A stretch of DNA of 56,888 nucleotides, filler included, from Porpidia crustulata (Eukaryota), in assembly GCA_964255105.1 (NCBI GenBank). It is 7 parts of 7 records of this genome, joined end to end, with 100 filler letters (N's around TTAATTAATTAA, not from the genome) between each part and the next. Parts side by side here need not be neighbours in the genome. Positions count along the whole stretch, not along the records: positions 32,589 to 40,627 come from CAXUWE010001190.1; positions 40,728 to 48,764 come from CAXUWE010001191.1; 5 more parts are not named here. One strand, written 5' to 3'. Positions within the stretch are counted from its first letter, which is position 1. Each line of letters starts with the position of its first letter. The notes below the pieces were generated by a model that was not told the origin of the DNA, did not search any database, and was given only the letters and a program-made list of their open reading frames with translations. A program made the translations under genes and the position numbers. Below, piece after piece: positions 38,502 to 48,864 of the stretch.

Positions 38502-39869
38502 ATGGCCGAGCTCACGACGACAAAGCTCAATGCAGAGAGCCACCTACTTCTGGTAAGATTACATGACCTCTTGGATTATACTCTTTTATCCAGTCTCACA
38601 TTGGTATATAGGATCAACCCCTCCTCCGCCTCCCCCACGAACTCCTCCGCAAGAACTTCAAAACCGTCCAAAAAGACATCGAAGTCGAGCAAAAAGACAC
38701 CACCGCCACCCTCAAAGCCACCGCAAACGCCTCCCTCGGCGGCCAAGACGCCGCAACGAGCACCAAATCCCTCACCAAAATGATCGAGCGCATGCAGACC
38801 CTCAAGCGGAAAATGCAAGACCTACACGGCGACGAAAAGACCCTGCACCAAAACTCGCGCAAGCGGATCCAGCACCTCCAGGACCTCTACGAGATCCCGA
38901 GCCTGGCGGACGTCAAGTACGACGAGTGGTCCAAGATCCGGCTGAACCGGCTGCTGGTGGACTACCTGCTCCGGAGCGGCTATGGCGAGAGCGCGCGGGC
39001 GCTGGCGCGGGAGAAGGGGATCGAGGAGCTGGTGGATTTGGAGATTTTTGTGCAGTGCCATCGGATCGAGGAGAGTCTGCGGAACCGGGATACGCAGGAT
39101 TGTTTGAGGTGGTACTCAGAGCATAAACCGATGATGAAGAAGATGGGGGTTAGTGTGCCGTCGCCGCCATTCAATGCCGGTCTCGTCGCTGATTATCGTG
39201 TGATAGAGCGATCTGGAGTTTGAGCTTCGGTTACAGCAGTTTATTGAGCTGCGTCGTAAGGGACGACTGCCAGAAGCGAGAATGCATGCACAGAGACATA
39301 TTGCGAAGCACCCTGAGAACGCTACGGAAATACATCGAGCTGCGGGCTTACTCGCATTTACACCAGATACGCAGGTGGAACCGTACAGGGTATAGTGCGA
39401 CCTTCTAAAGGCTGCCAGCTACTCACGCTAAGTCTTGCAGACTATGTACTCCCAATCCCGATGGGACTTCCTCGCCGCCCTCTTCGTCCGAACCCACCAC
39501 GAGCTCTTCGCCCTCCCGGCAAGACCGCTCCTTCACATCGCCCTCTCCGCCGGTCTCTCGGCGTTGAAGACGCCGTCTTGCCACTCCAAATACACGAGCA
39601 GCACCGCCAACGCCCAATCCTCGACGACCTCGGTCTGCCCCATCTGCTCCACCGAGTTGAACGAGCTGGCTCGGAACCTGCCCTATGCGCATCACACGAA
39701 GAGTCACGCCGAGAACGATACGGTCGTGCTGCCAAACGGAAGGGTCTATGGTCGAGATCGATTGCTCGAGATGAGCGCGAAGGCTGGTCTGGAGCCCGGA
39801 TACGTCAAGGATCCGACGACCTCGAAGGTGTTTTTGGCCTCGGATGTCCGAAAGGTGTATATATCGTGA
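38502..39869 (+). CDS. FYV10: GID/CTLH E3 ligase subunit Fyv10/Gid9 (MAEA), 4 exons
   Basis: [26 protein letters not shown], Lis[49 protein letters not shown], and degenerate [28 protein letters not shown]. Confidence 0.95.
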
Positions 39870-39963
39870 ACTTCCAGCGAGTTCGTGGCTTCCCCACATC
39901 ATATCCCTTAGCGACGGCGTCCAAGGCAGCATACCATTAGCGCACTAGTCCCAATTCAAAGCA

Positions 39964-40627
39964 TCAATCATCGTCCTCATCGCTGCTCTCCCTCCTTTTC
40001 CTCTTCCTCGGAGTCCTCACATCCTCCCCATCCTTAACCTCAAAGATATAAGTCCTCGCCGCCCGCTCCTCCATTTTCCATCCGCCGCCCCCCTTAATAT
40101 TCCCAAGCGTCCTCGCATGCTTGTATCCCGGATACGCATCCGCCTGGAACCTGAAACTCCGCTCCACCTTCAGCCCCACATGCCGTGCCAGATCCCGGAT
40201 GTTCCACAGCTCGTACGGCTCACCCTCGAAGACCGTGACGACGATGGCGCCCCCGGGCGCCAGGAGCGGTATCGCTGACTTGAAGAAACCTACCAGCAGT
40301 TCTATACTCTGCTCGTCAGCGCTCGCCCGCAATTCAATCCAGCAAAACTGGAGCGAGGCGTCACATACCTTGGTTATGCCGAACCTGCCGGTTCACGTCC
40401 TTTGTCAGGCCGCCCACGTGCGGGAAGTTGAAGACGATCCGGTCCCAGCCGCCTGTTCGGATCGCCTTGCCGGCTTTGTGCAGTTTGGTCGCATCGATGC
40501 CGCAAAGGACTTTTGCTCCGGCCAATCGTTGTCTCCCTTGCCTTTCCCCTGCCCCTTCCCTTTCCCATTCTTCCCATTCCTCCCCTTCTTCTTCTTCGCC
40601 TTTTCCCCTGGGTGAAAGAAATAGACG
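39964..40627 (-). CDS. BMT5: 25S rRNA uridine-N3 methyltransferase (DUF2431), 5'-partial
   Basis: GIDATKL..WDRIVFNFPHVGGLTKDVNRQVRHNQ|ELLVGFFKSA..IVVTVFEGEPYELWNIRDLARH..YPGYKHARTLG. Confidence 0.92.
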
Positions 40628-40727
40628 NNNNNNNNNNNNNNNNNNNNNNNNNNNNNNNNNNNNNNNNNNNNTTAATTAATTAANNNNNNNNNNNNNNNNN
40701 NNNNNNNNNNNNNNNNNNNNNNNNNNN
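40628..40727. other. Artificial contig spacer
   Basis: N44-TTAATTAATTAA-N44. Confidence 0.98.
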
Positions 40728-41302
40728 GAGATGTTATTGATCATGTCTGTGATGTAGGATTAATAGAATTTGAGGAATGTAGAAGAGACGTAAGGAACGT
40801 GGCGGGTGGGAAGGGGAGGTAGGGTTTGGGGTTATGAGATAAGATGGGAAGGAGATGGCTGCGATGAGGGCTCCGGGGGGGAAGGAGATTTGAGATGGTG
40901 TTGTTGCATATGGGTATTTCGGTGTAGATAGTTTGTTCAAGAGGAAGATTTTTGTGTGAGTGTCATTGAGGCAATCGGAATTACAACCTATTGCCGCAGA
41001 AATAAAGAGGTAATTGATAATCTCTCCGTAAAGGGCCGATGCAATTGGATATAATGTCTTTGGATTTTTTTCTGCTCTACACCTATCCCCCCTTCCCATC
41101 CTCTGATCTGCCCTGACCATTTCGCCACTGCCCATGCGATGTCCTAGTCGTACTTCATAATACCAAAGCAACGAGATACGCCATGGCGACTCATATGCCA
41201 GCCATATCCAAACGCCATTCCATGCCGGCCTACGCAAGAAATGCCTATGCAGTCTATATACAAATGTCCCATAAGTTACCGAGTTGCGTAAAGAAGAGAG
41301 TC

Positions 41303-43546
41303 TCATGCGGTCGCAGCCATTGGTTCTTCGGCGTGTTCCCATGAGGATTGATCGGGGAGAGTTTTGGGAGTCAGACTTGTTTGATATTCTGCCGGTACCT
41401 TGGGACGAGACCCCGGTAATTGCTCTTTCCTTGCACTCGCCGTGGGCAATGAAGGTGGGACGCTGGGTTCGCTATAGTGTATGGAAGGCGCCAGTGCAGG
41501 AATGTCGTCCAGGGTTGCTAGCTGGAGTCCTGTATCAGGGTTTCCAGTTGTGATTGCTTCTACGAACTCGGGCTCATCCGTAGGCCCAGGGGGGCTAATT
41601 GCATGGAGTTCGAGGGAATAATTTTCGGTTAATATGGTAAGAGGGATGGTGGAAAGATCGGGGTTAAGGCTATGGGTGGGAGATTCAAGATGTTTGATAG
41701 TCGGGGAGATCTCGTCTGGACGATCAACCTCAACTTCCGTCTCCACCTTCTGATCTTCTATCGCATGCTGCTTTCTTATTTGACTTCGGGACCATCTGAG
41801 CCACTTGGCATTTTCTAGGAGATTGTTGACTTTTGCGGTCTTTATGTGCGCACCTAATTCCCATACGGTTGACGATAAGACGCCACGGGCAGTGGCATCC
41901 TTGAGCACTTCTTCAAATTCATCCTGTTTTTCACATCTCCGACAAAGCCGCAGCATCCATGTGTAAGCATTTTCGTTCGGATGGGGCGGAAAACCCAGCA
42001 TCTCTCTCCAGACCATAACTCCTGAGAGCCAATCCTCGACGTAGCAGCAATGTCGAAGGATAGAGGTGAGGATCTGTTTGTTTGCACGCCAGCCTTCGCT
42101 AATCATAGCCCGATAAGCTTCCATGGCTTTCTCTTTTCCGAACAGAACAAGAGCGCCGTATATCAAAGTTCCATATGTTTCTCGGTTCATGCGTGCCTTT
42201 TCAACGATCTTGCTCTCATTTGGAAGGCTACTTTTGGCTGATTCGTAACTGATAGGAATAGAAGCGCCATCTACGCCTACGGCAAATTGAGCGAAGCCAT
42301 TTTCTTGTTCTTCGGGGTAGCGATAGCGTCCCGCCGTAATCGGTAATCGCTTTGTGTATGGGTGAGCCAAAGCAAGACCTCCATCTAGTCCTTCCATAAG
42401 TCGAACGTATCTTGAGAAAGCAATACGGTTTTCTACTCGAGTATAAAACTTCAGGGTTGCTGAATGAGTGACTTCATTCGGCCGGATGTGACTCTCGCGC
42501 ATAGAGATTAGTATCGCAGAAACAATGTCTTCGTCTGCTTGACGACAAAACTTGATAAGGAGCTGATTGTAGGTATCAACATTTGGAGGCGTGGTTGATA
42601 TGAGAAGATTGTAGCATATTTTTTGTAACATCGAGTTGTTCTGGCCGCCTTTCGGAACTTGGGCCGTAAGGATGGAGCGTAACATTGCATTCAAGGAGCC
42701 TGGATGATTGGCATCATTGACACCATCGGCAGCATATCTTGGGTAGTCTGGGGATTCAAAGGAATCGGGTAGTTCTGACGACTGGGGATGATTTTGTAGC
42801 TCCCAAAGTTTTCCATCGATTTTCGAGATTGCTCTGTTGATGCCCTCCTTGCTCTGCAGAGCTCGCTGGAATGGTGAATCTTCTACGGCTTCCATCCCGT
42901 CTTCAGCCGGAAGCTTGTCATTGGGAATTTGCGACAAGAGCCGCAATACCAGCTTCCCTACCGACCATTCTATTGTCCTTAGCTTCTTTGGAGAGAGTGG
43001 CCAATTGTAGAGTTCGGCTTCCCAAGCAGCAGCATGGTATTCCCCGCATAACCGAAGAGCAATTCGACTATCTGCTTGAGCATTCTGAATATCGGATCTC
43101 GAAAGCCCTTCTATCACCCTCAGTGGGACGCCTTTCCAATCTTCATAGCCAAGAGCCTTCCTCCGTATCCATTGTTGGGAAGCCCATGCGAAGACATCGC
43201 CCCACTGTTCCCCACTCGTCTCTTGATACTTTTTATCCTCATCAGGTGTAAAACCGAGGGCGGCTAATCTGCTCTGCTGCTGGCTTTCTAACTCCCTCAA
43301 TTGGTCCTTTGCTATAGCTATGGCCTTGTCCCATGCTTCTCGTCGCACGTCCTTTTTATGTGAATCTACTACCGCAGCTGTAGCAAACATTGCCGAATAG
43401 AAGACGGTAACGGCATCCCCAAAACGTGTGCGGTGCACTCCTGCCGCGGTGGTGGACCGCCGTCCAATTCCGGCCGCGAAGGAGAGGCAGCTAGAGCATC
43501 TACAAGTACCTCTTGATTGGGCAACCCGAGCCCAAATGGTCTGCAT
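41303..43546 (-). CDS. Mitochondrial pentatricopeptide repeat protein (747 aa, single exon)
   Basis: Arg-rich presequence-like N-terminus. PPR-like units PPNVDTYNQLLIKFCRQ..MRESHIRPNEVTHSATLKFY, ETYGTLIYG..MISEGWRAN and PNENAYTWMLRLC. Confidence 0.85.
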   Translation of the reverse strand: MQTIWARVAQSRGTCRCSSCLSFAAGIGRRSTTAAGVHRTRFGDAVTVFYSAMFATAAVVDSHKKDVRREAWDKAIAIAKDQLRELESQQQSRLAALGFTPDEDKKYQETSGEQWGDVFAWASQQWIRRKALGYEDWKGVPLRVIEGLSRSDIQNAQADSRIALRLCGEYHAAAWEAELYNWPLSPKKLRTIEWSVGKLVLRLLSQIPNDKLPAEDGMEAVEDSPFQRALQSKEGINRAISKIDGKLWELQNHPQSSELPDSFESPDYPRYAADGVNDANHPGSLNAMLRSILTAQVPKGGQNNSMLQKICYNLLISTTPPNVDTYNQLLIKFCRQADEDIVSAILISMRESHIRPNEVTHSATLKFYTRVENRIAFSRYVRLMEGLDGGLALAHPYTKRLPITAGRYRYPEEQENGFAQFAVGVDGASIPISYESAKSSLPNESKIVEKARMNRETYGTLIYGALVLFGKEKAMEAYRAMISEGWRANKQILTSILRHCCYVEDWLSGVMVWREMLGFPPHPNENAYTWMLRLCRRCEKQDEFEEVLKDATARGVLSSTVWELGAHIKTAKVNNLLENAKWLRWSRSQIRKQHAIEDQKVETEVEVDRPDEISPTIKHLESPTHSLNPDLSTIPLTILTENYSLELHAISPPGPTDEPEFVEAITTGNPDTGLQLATLDDIPALAPSIHYSEPSVPPSLPTASARKEQLPGSRPKVPAEYQTSLTPKTLPDQSSWEHAEEPMAATA

Positions 43547-43784
43547 TGTACTGACATACTCAGCGTCGGTCGATCTCTATGAGGCCCATCTGACGACCCT
43601 AAAGATGCTATACATGATGGCTGGCGGATTAGTCCAATGGACTTTAGCGCGTCGCTTGTCTCGCGCTAAATAGATATGTAACACACCTACTCTAGCAGCT
43701 AGGTTAGGTTGATTTATTATTCCATTAAAACGGCCCTTGATACAGAGCGTGTGGCTATGAAAATCGAATAGGTAAACTTTGGCG

Positions 43785-44492
43785 ATGCTGACATTGGCAT
43801 TGACTGCAGATCTGACTGGGTATGCCTTCATGACTGTCAGAGTATCGAATCGAAGTTAAGTTACTAACCTAGCTTCTAGGGTCACGGATCTGGTGCCAGT
43901 GGATACGCCAGACGACCCGTATTTCTATACCTTCAAAGTTCAATGCACATCCTGTCGAGAAACACATCCCAACTGGGTGACTGTGAACCGACATGTCAGT
44001 GGCACATGACTGAATAGTAATAGAAGCCCTAACATGACTAGGAATCGAATGACATGTCCGGGAGCAGGGGAGAAGCAAACTTTGTGTGGAGATGCAAGTC
44101 TTGCAAGGTCTGAAAAATTTGTATCATCTCCATCTCTCTATCTATATGTACTTATTGCAATAATTAAAGAGAGAGTCAACTGCCACCATCAAGAGCCCTC
44201 CTCATCCATACACCCAATCGTCACCTCCCAAACGGCAACAAATCATTGAATTTGACTGTCGTGGCTTGGAATTTATAGACTTCAAAGCTGATGTGCGGCT
44301 TGTAGAAGTAAAAATTATTCCAGAATTTTGCTGATTTTTTGACAGGGCCAATGGATGGCCAAGGCATTGGAGTCGACTACCAAATTCGAGTCCATTGTCG
44401 ATCTGCAGGAGGGCGAGTGGTTCGACTATGATGAGAAGACTGGCGAAGAAGTCAGCATCAAGGACCTCAAGTGGGAGATTCGACGAGCTTAA
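43785..44492 (+). CDS. DUF866/UPF0587 CXXC zinc-binding protein, 5 exons
   Basis: Spliced translation MLTLALTADLTG|VTDLVP..YTFKVQCTSCRETHPNWV..|..GSRGEANFVWRCKSCK|RES..IIEFDCRGLEFIDFKAD|GQW..GEWFDYDEK..WEIRRA*. Confidence 0.93.
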
Positions 44493-45781
44493 TCGTAAAA
44501 TGCGAGAAACCTTGTGCTATCCTTGTCAGTCTATCCTCATAGTGACACTTATTACGGAAAGACTTTTTCAGACGATGCTATCAAAAGCGTCATACTATGG
44601 AAGTTCTGTTTACTAGTAACCCCTATAATCTCCTGGATGTTTAGTCACTGAATCTATGACAATCGTGACTAAAACGTAGAAATTGAGTTGTGCTAAGTCG
44701 CTACTCACATTTCAGCCCTACACCCTTAGTGCTCTCGTCGCCGACATCTAGGTAGAGATGGGAGTCGCAACCAGAACTCTGGAACGTCAACGAGGTAGCT
44801 CTGGCAACCTTAGAGAGGGCCGTGATGCGTGAATTGCCACATAAGAGCTATTTTGGAGAAGTAGCTATCTACTATCAAAAGCTCTGCTTATCTTAGTTCC
44901 TTAGAATTCTATCGCTGCATTGAGTTTGCATTTCCTACTATCTAGTAATCCTCTTCATCATTTTCTCTAACACCAGTCGTTTCTCCAGAGAGGTACGCTG
45001 AGAATCAGAGCCACTCGCTACGTCCAACTGCTTGCAGTGGTGCATCTTTATCTTCTTAGACTTGCCGTGCTACTGCGAATGCTGGTCATTCACATTTTTA
45101 CTACGATACTGCCTCTTCCTTACACCTGAAAACCTATCACCCCAACCCATCCGCTCATACCTGACTAAACTCATCTTCTTTACACATCCCACGATACTCA
45201 GTCTGGTAATCGAGCTGGCCTGGTGTCTATGCCATTGGAGCCGTAGGATGACTCTAGTATAGCACTAGAGTGACTCTTTCTGTGCAGGAGACTTAAACCT
45301 CTACAACCATATCTGCTTTAGCTGACTCAAGAGTCTTCCAATCCCTCAGACTACAATTGAGAGAGTGGTGAAAGCCACCTTGAATATTTGGACCATTCAA
45401 GTGCCATTCAAAGGGGCTTGGAAAGCTGGTAATCAACAATCCGGCAAACGTGGCTCGCAATAATAACACCCTATGTCATTTTGGAGCACCGTCATCTTCT
45501 TGGAAGACCACCTCATCACGACGAGTAAAGAAATCTGGACCAAAAACACTGCGCAACCCACAATGACTTAGGGGCATTGGCCGTGTCTGCCTCTGTATCA
45601 CCTTGGGCGTATGAAGAGCAAGCTGTCTCCGTTCAACCTCAAATCTTTTTGGCTTCGCTATTGCTCACAAAATCAGTCGGAACATTTGCTGGGTCAAGAG
45701 ATCGATCCTAATCAATCCTTTAACGTACACAAGCTAGCTAGACTTGAACTTGACGTTTTAGCAGACTCATCTTCAGACGAG

Positions 45782-47847
45782 ATGCCTACCCGCCGGCGTC
45801 GCTTGGGTGGAGATGTATGTACAATTTTCATCCACGCTGGTGCAGGCTTTCATAGCATCCAAAATGAAAAGTTGCACCTTGCAGCCTGTGAAGAGTAAGT
45901 ACGGATACGTTACACCACATCCCAGCTTGTACAACGAGAACTGCATAAATCTTTGAATATCTCTAATTATTGATCAGTGCTGCTAAAAGTGCCATGGCCT
46001 TGCTCAATGCTGGTGGTGATGCCGCGGATGCCGTTGAGATTGCTATCAAAGTGCTTGAAGATAAAGAGATTACGAATGCCGGCTATGGGAGTAATTTGGC
46101 AATCGATGGAACTGTTGAGTGCGATGCTACAGTGGTAGATCACTTTGGACGGAGTGGTGCCGTTGGAGCCGTCAGTCGTAAGCGCTTTATCACCACCCGT
46201 GCCAATAACATTGCAAACATGGCTGAATAAGCCTAGAAATCCGGAACCCTATTCACCTTGCACGACTCGTTCTGGAGCATTCTACAAAGCCCTTATCCCT
46301 ACGTCGAGTCCCTCCCAACCTGCTTGTAGGGCAGGGTGCGGTAAACTTCGCTTTTGGTATCGGACTCCCAATATTACCTACAGATGCTCTCACTTCTGCC
46401 GGCGCCCATGAACGGTGGGTACGTTGGAAGGCGGACCTTATGAGAACGGACAAACTGCAAGAGGATGAGTCACGGCAGCGACCTGAACATCTGGAAAAGC
46501 AATTGGATAGCCGCGAAGGGCAACGACGGCGGGATGCACAGACTCGGTTACTGGCAGCTTGCTGGAACGAAAGTCAACCGTATTCGCCAGCCTTGACTCC
46601 TTCTGGCTCCTCCGACCCAACGGAGATCTTTGGGCCCACCCAAGCTGGAATCCGGACACATAGTCCAAAGCCCACCTCCGAAAAATCCGGAGTCTCATCT
46701 AGCTCGTCCCTTGCAGGTCCGTTAGATCCTGACAAAGCTGCTGGAAAACAGCATATTTCCTGGCAGCAAAGTAAGCAGAATAATGATGGTCAAGGTTACA
46801 CAAGCCTTGGTGACGAAGATGGAGATGATGACGACGAAGAATCTAGCTTGATAGACGACAATCCTAGCCTAGAAAATTTTGTGAGATGCCACTCCACGCA
46901 TCAGTACCCCCCGAACATGGACGTTGACCTGCCCGAGCTCTCTGCTGATGGCGATTATTTTCCTAGCAGTCTATCCACGAACTTAAAGACCAAAGCTGCC
47001 GTGAGAGAAGATCACATTACGGACACCGTGGGGGCTATTGCCATAGACTGCCTCGGCAATATAGCCGCTGGGTCATCGTCTGGTGGTATTGGGATGAAGC
47101 ATAACGGGCGCGTTGGACCAGCTGCACTGGTTGGCATCGGTACGGCAGTGATCCCCATTGATCCCGAAGATGCATTCAGGACTAGTACAGCAACTGTCAC
47201 CAGCGGAACTGGGGAGCATATGGCAACTACTATGGCCGCAATGACTTGTGCCAGCCGTGTCTACAATTGTGAGCGCAAGTCCAAAGACGGACTTCTAGAA
47301 AGCACCGACCCTGATAGCGCCATGCAAGCTTTCGTCCAAAAAGATTTCATGGGTAAGCAGCTCACCCAGTCACATTATTGAGTCATTGCTAATCTCAGGC
47401 TGCGTAAAGATCACCCCAGCGTCAAACATAGCAACTCAGCCGGTGCCATAGGTGTGCTGGCGCTGAAAAAGACAAAGAATGGAATATGGCTCTATTGGGG
47501 GCACAATACCGACTCTTTTGTACGCGGCTTTCGCAACTCTGAGGGACCAACATCTACTGACAGATACATAGGCCTTGGCTTCAATGTCTTCTGACGACAG
47601 TAAGCCGAAATCGCTCATGTCGCGCAACAACGGCGATGCCAAGATCGTCACCGGAGGTCGCTCCATCAGACATCATCGAGCAGCAAACTGGCCAGGGCAC
47701 TCGTACTGGCCGGTGAACCCCGTCGAAGCTCTGGACGCTGGATCCGCGCCGTCGTCGCCCGAGCAACCGGTCGCGAAGAAGCAGAAGACGAAACGGATCC
47801 CGACTAAATACGTTTACGATTACCAAGGATCGGCTCCCAATTCTTGA
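45782..47847 (+). CDS. Threonine aspartase 1 (taspase-1)-like Ntn hydrolase, asparaginase-2 family
   Basis: IFIHAGAG, LEDKEITNAGYGSNLAIDGTVECDA, autocleavage site ITD/TVGAIAID..AAGSSSGG..GRVGPAA, and SGTGE. There is an alternative in-frame upstream ATG at 45611. Confidence 0.92.
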
Positions 47848-48239
47848 CCGGTTGAAGCGCAAGTTTCGAAGTGAATGCTTTGGTCAAATAAGAGGCATCG
47901 TCTAGCGCTATTGGGGTCCTGGTAAATGGCGTTGTTGGCGCAGGTCAACGCGGAAGAGGTCCCGCATAGAGGTTCAGACAGTAAAAAGAGGCGTTAGATA
48001 GCTACGGTTGCTTAGGTTGTAGATACCCTGGGATTGAGGCGGTCTGGTCTTGCTTGCTGTGTGGGCAAACTTAGAGAGTTTAAACGCCTACCTACATAGA
48101 TATTGTTGGCGCCCTTGAGAGCAATTGGGATTGACCCGAACCCCCTGACCGCCGCCGCGTAGATCCATCAAAACGCCTTTCCCTCTTGAATCAGGTGCAC
48201 CAGGGTATTGTCCTTAGTCCTTCCACTGAAAACATTCAA

Positions 48240-48764
48240 TCATGGGCCGGGAGTGCCAGTCGACGCCCTCCCGTCTCCTTCTATCCGCCGCTTCTTCTTA
48301 TTCTTCTTCCTCGCCACCGCCGGCTTCCCACCATACGCTCCCAGCCGCAGATGCGTCCCACAAGTGAGGCAGATGGCCCCCTCCGGCGGGCAACAAAAAA
48401 TGCTCAAACAAATACTGCAGACGAACCCGACGTCCACAACGTCGCGGTGGCAGAAACACGCGGCGCGGAAATCGACGCCGACGGCAGTCGGTGACACCAG
48501 GTGGCGGCGAGCGGTGGCGTCGGGCAAGAAGGCCATCATGAGGTACTGCAGCAGGCCCTGGGGGTGGTCGAGGGCGAGGTAGATGCCGCGGGTGGCGTCG
48601 GAGGCTTGCTGGAGGAAGACGGTGTCGCCGGCAAGCTTGCAGATGTCGATGGGGATGGCGAGGCGCTGGGCGGCGAAGATGGTGTTCATGATGGGGATGT
48701 ACTGGGCCGCGAGGTCACCGGAGACGCTGAGGATGAGGATGCGGGCGGTAAGGGCGGGGGGTGG
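48240..48764 (-). CDS. TFB4: TFIIH subunit Tfb4/p34, 5'-partial
   Basis: RILILSVSGDLAAQYIPIMNTIFAAQR..FLQQASDATRGIY..GLLQYLMMAFLPD..VDFRAACFCH..GFVCSICLSIFC..CLTCG. Confidence 0.96.
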   Translation of the reverse strand, partial: PPPALTARILILSVSGDLAAQYIPIMNTIFAAQRLAIPIDICKLAGDTVFLQQASDATRGIYLALDHPQGLLQYLMMAFLPDATARRHLVSPTAVGVDFRAACFCHRDVVDVGFVCSICLSIFCCPPEGAICLTCGTHLRLGAYGGKPAVARKKNKKKRRIEGDGRASTGTPGP

Positions 48765-48864
48765 NNNNNNNNNNNNNNNNNNNNNNNNNNNNNNNNNNNN
48801 NNNNNNNNTTAATTAATTAANNNNNNNNNNNNNNNNNNNNNNNNNNNNNNNNNNNNNNNNNNNN
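48765..48864. other. Artificial contig spacer
   Basis: N44-TTAATTAATTAA-N44. Confidence 0.98.

Noticed and set aside
44500..45600. TA-rich intergenic stretch as a RIP-degraded transposon
   Set aside because: No terminal repeats or transposase/RT remnants could be recognised.
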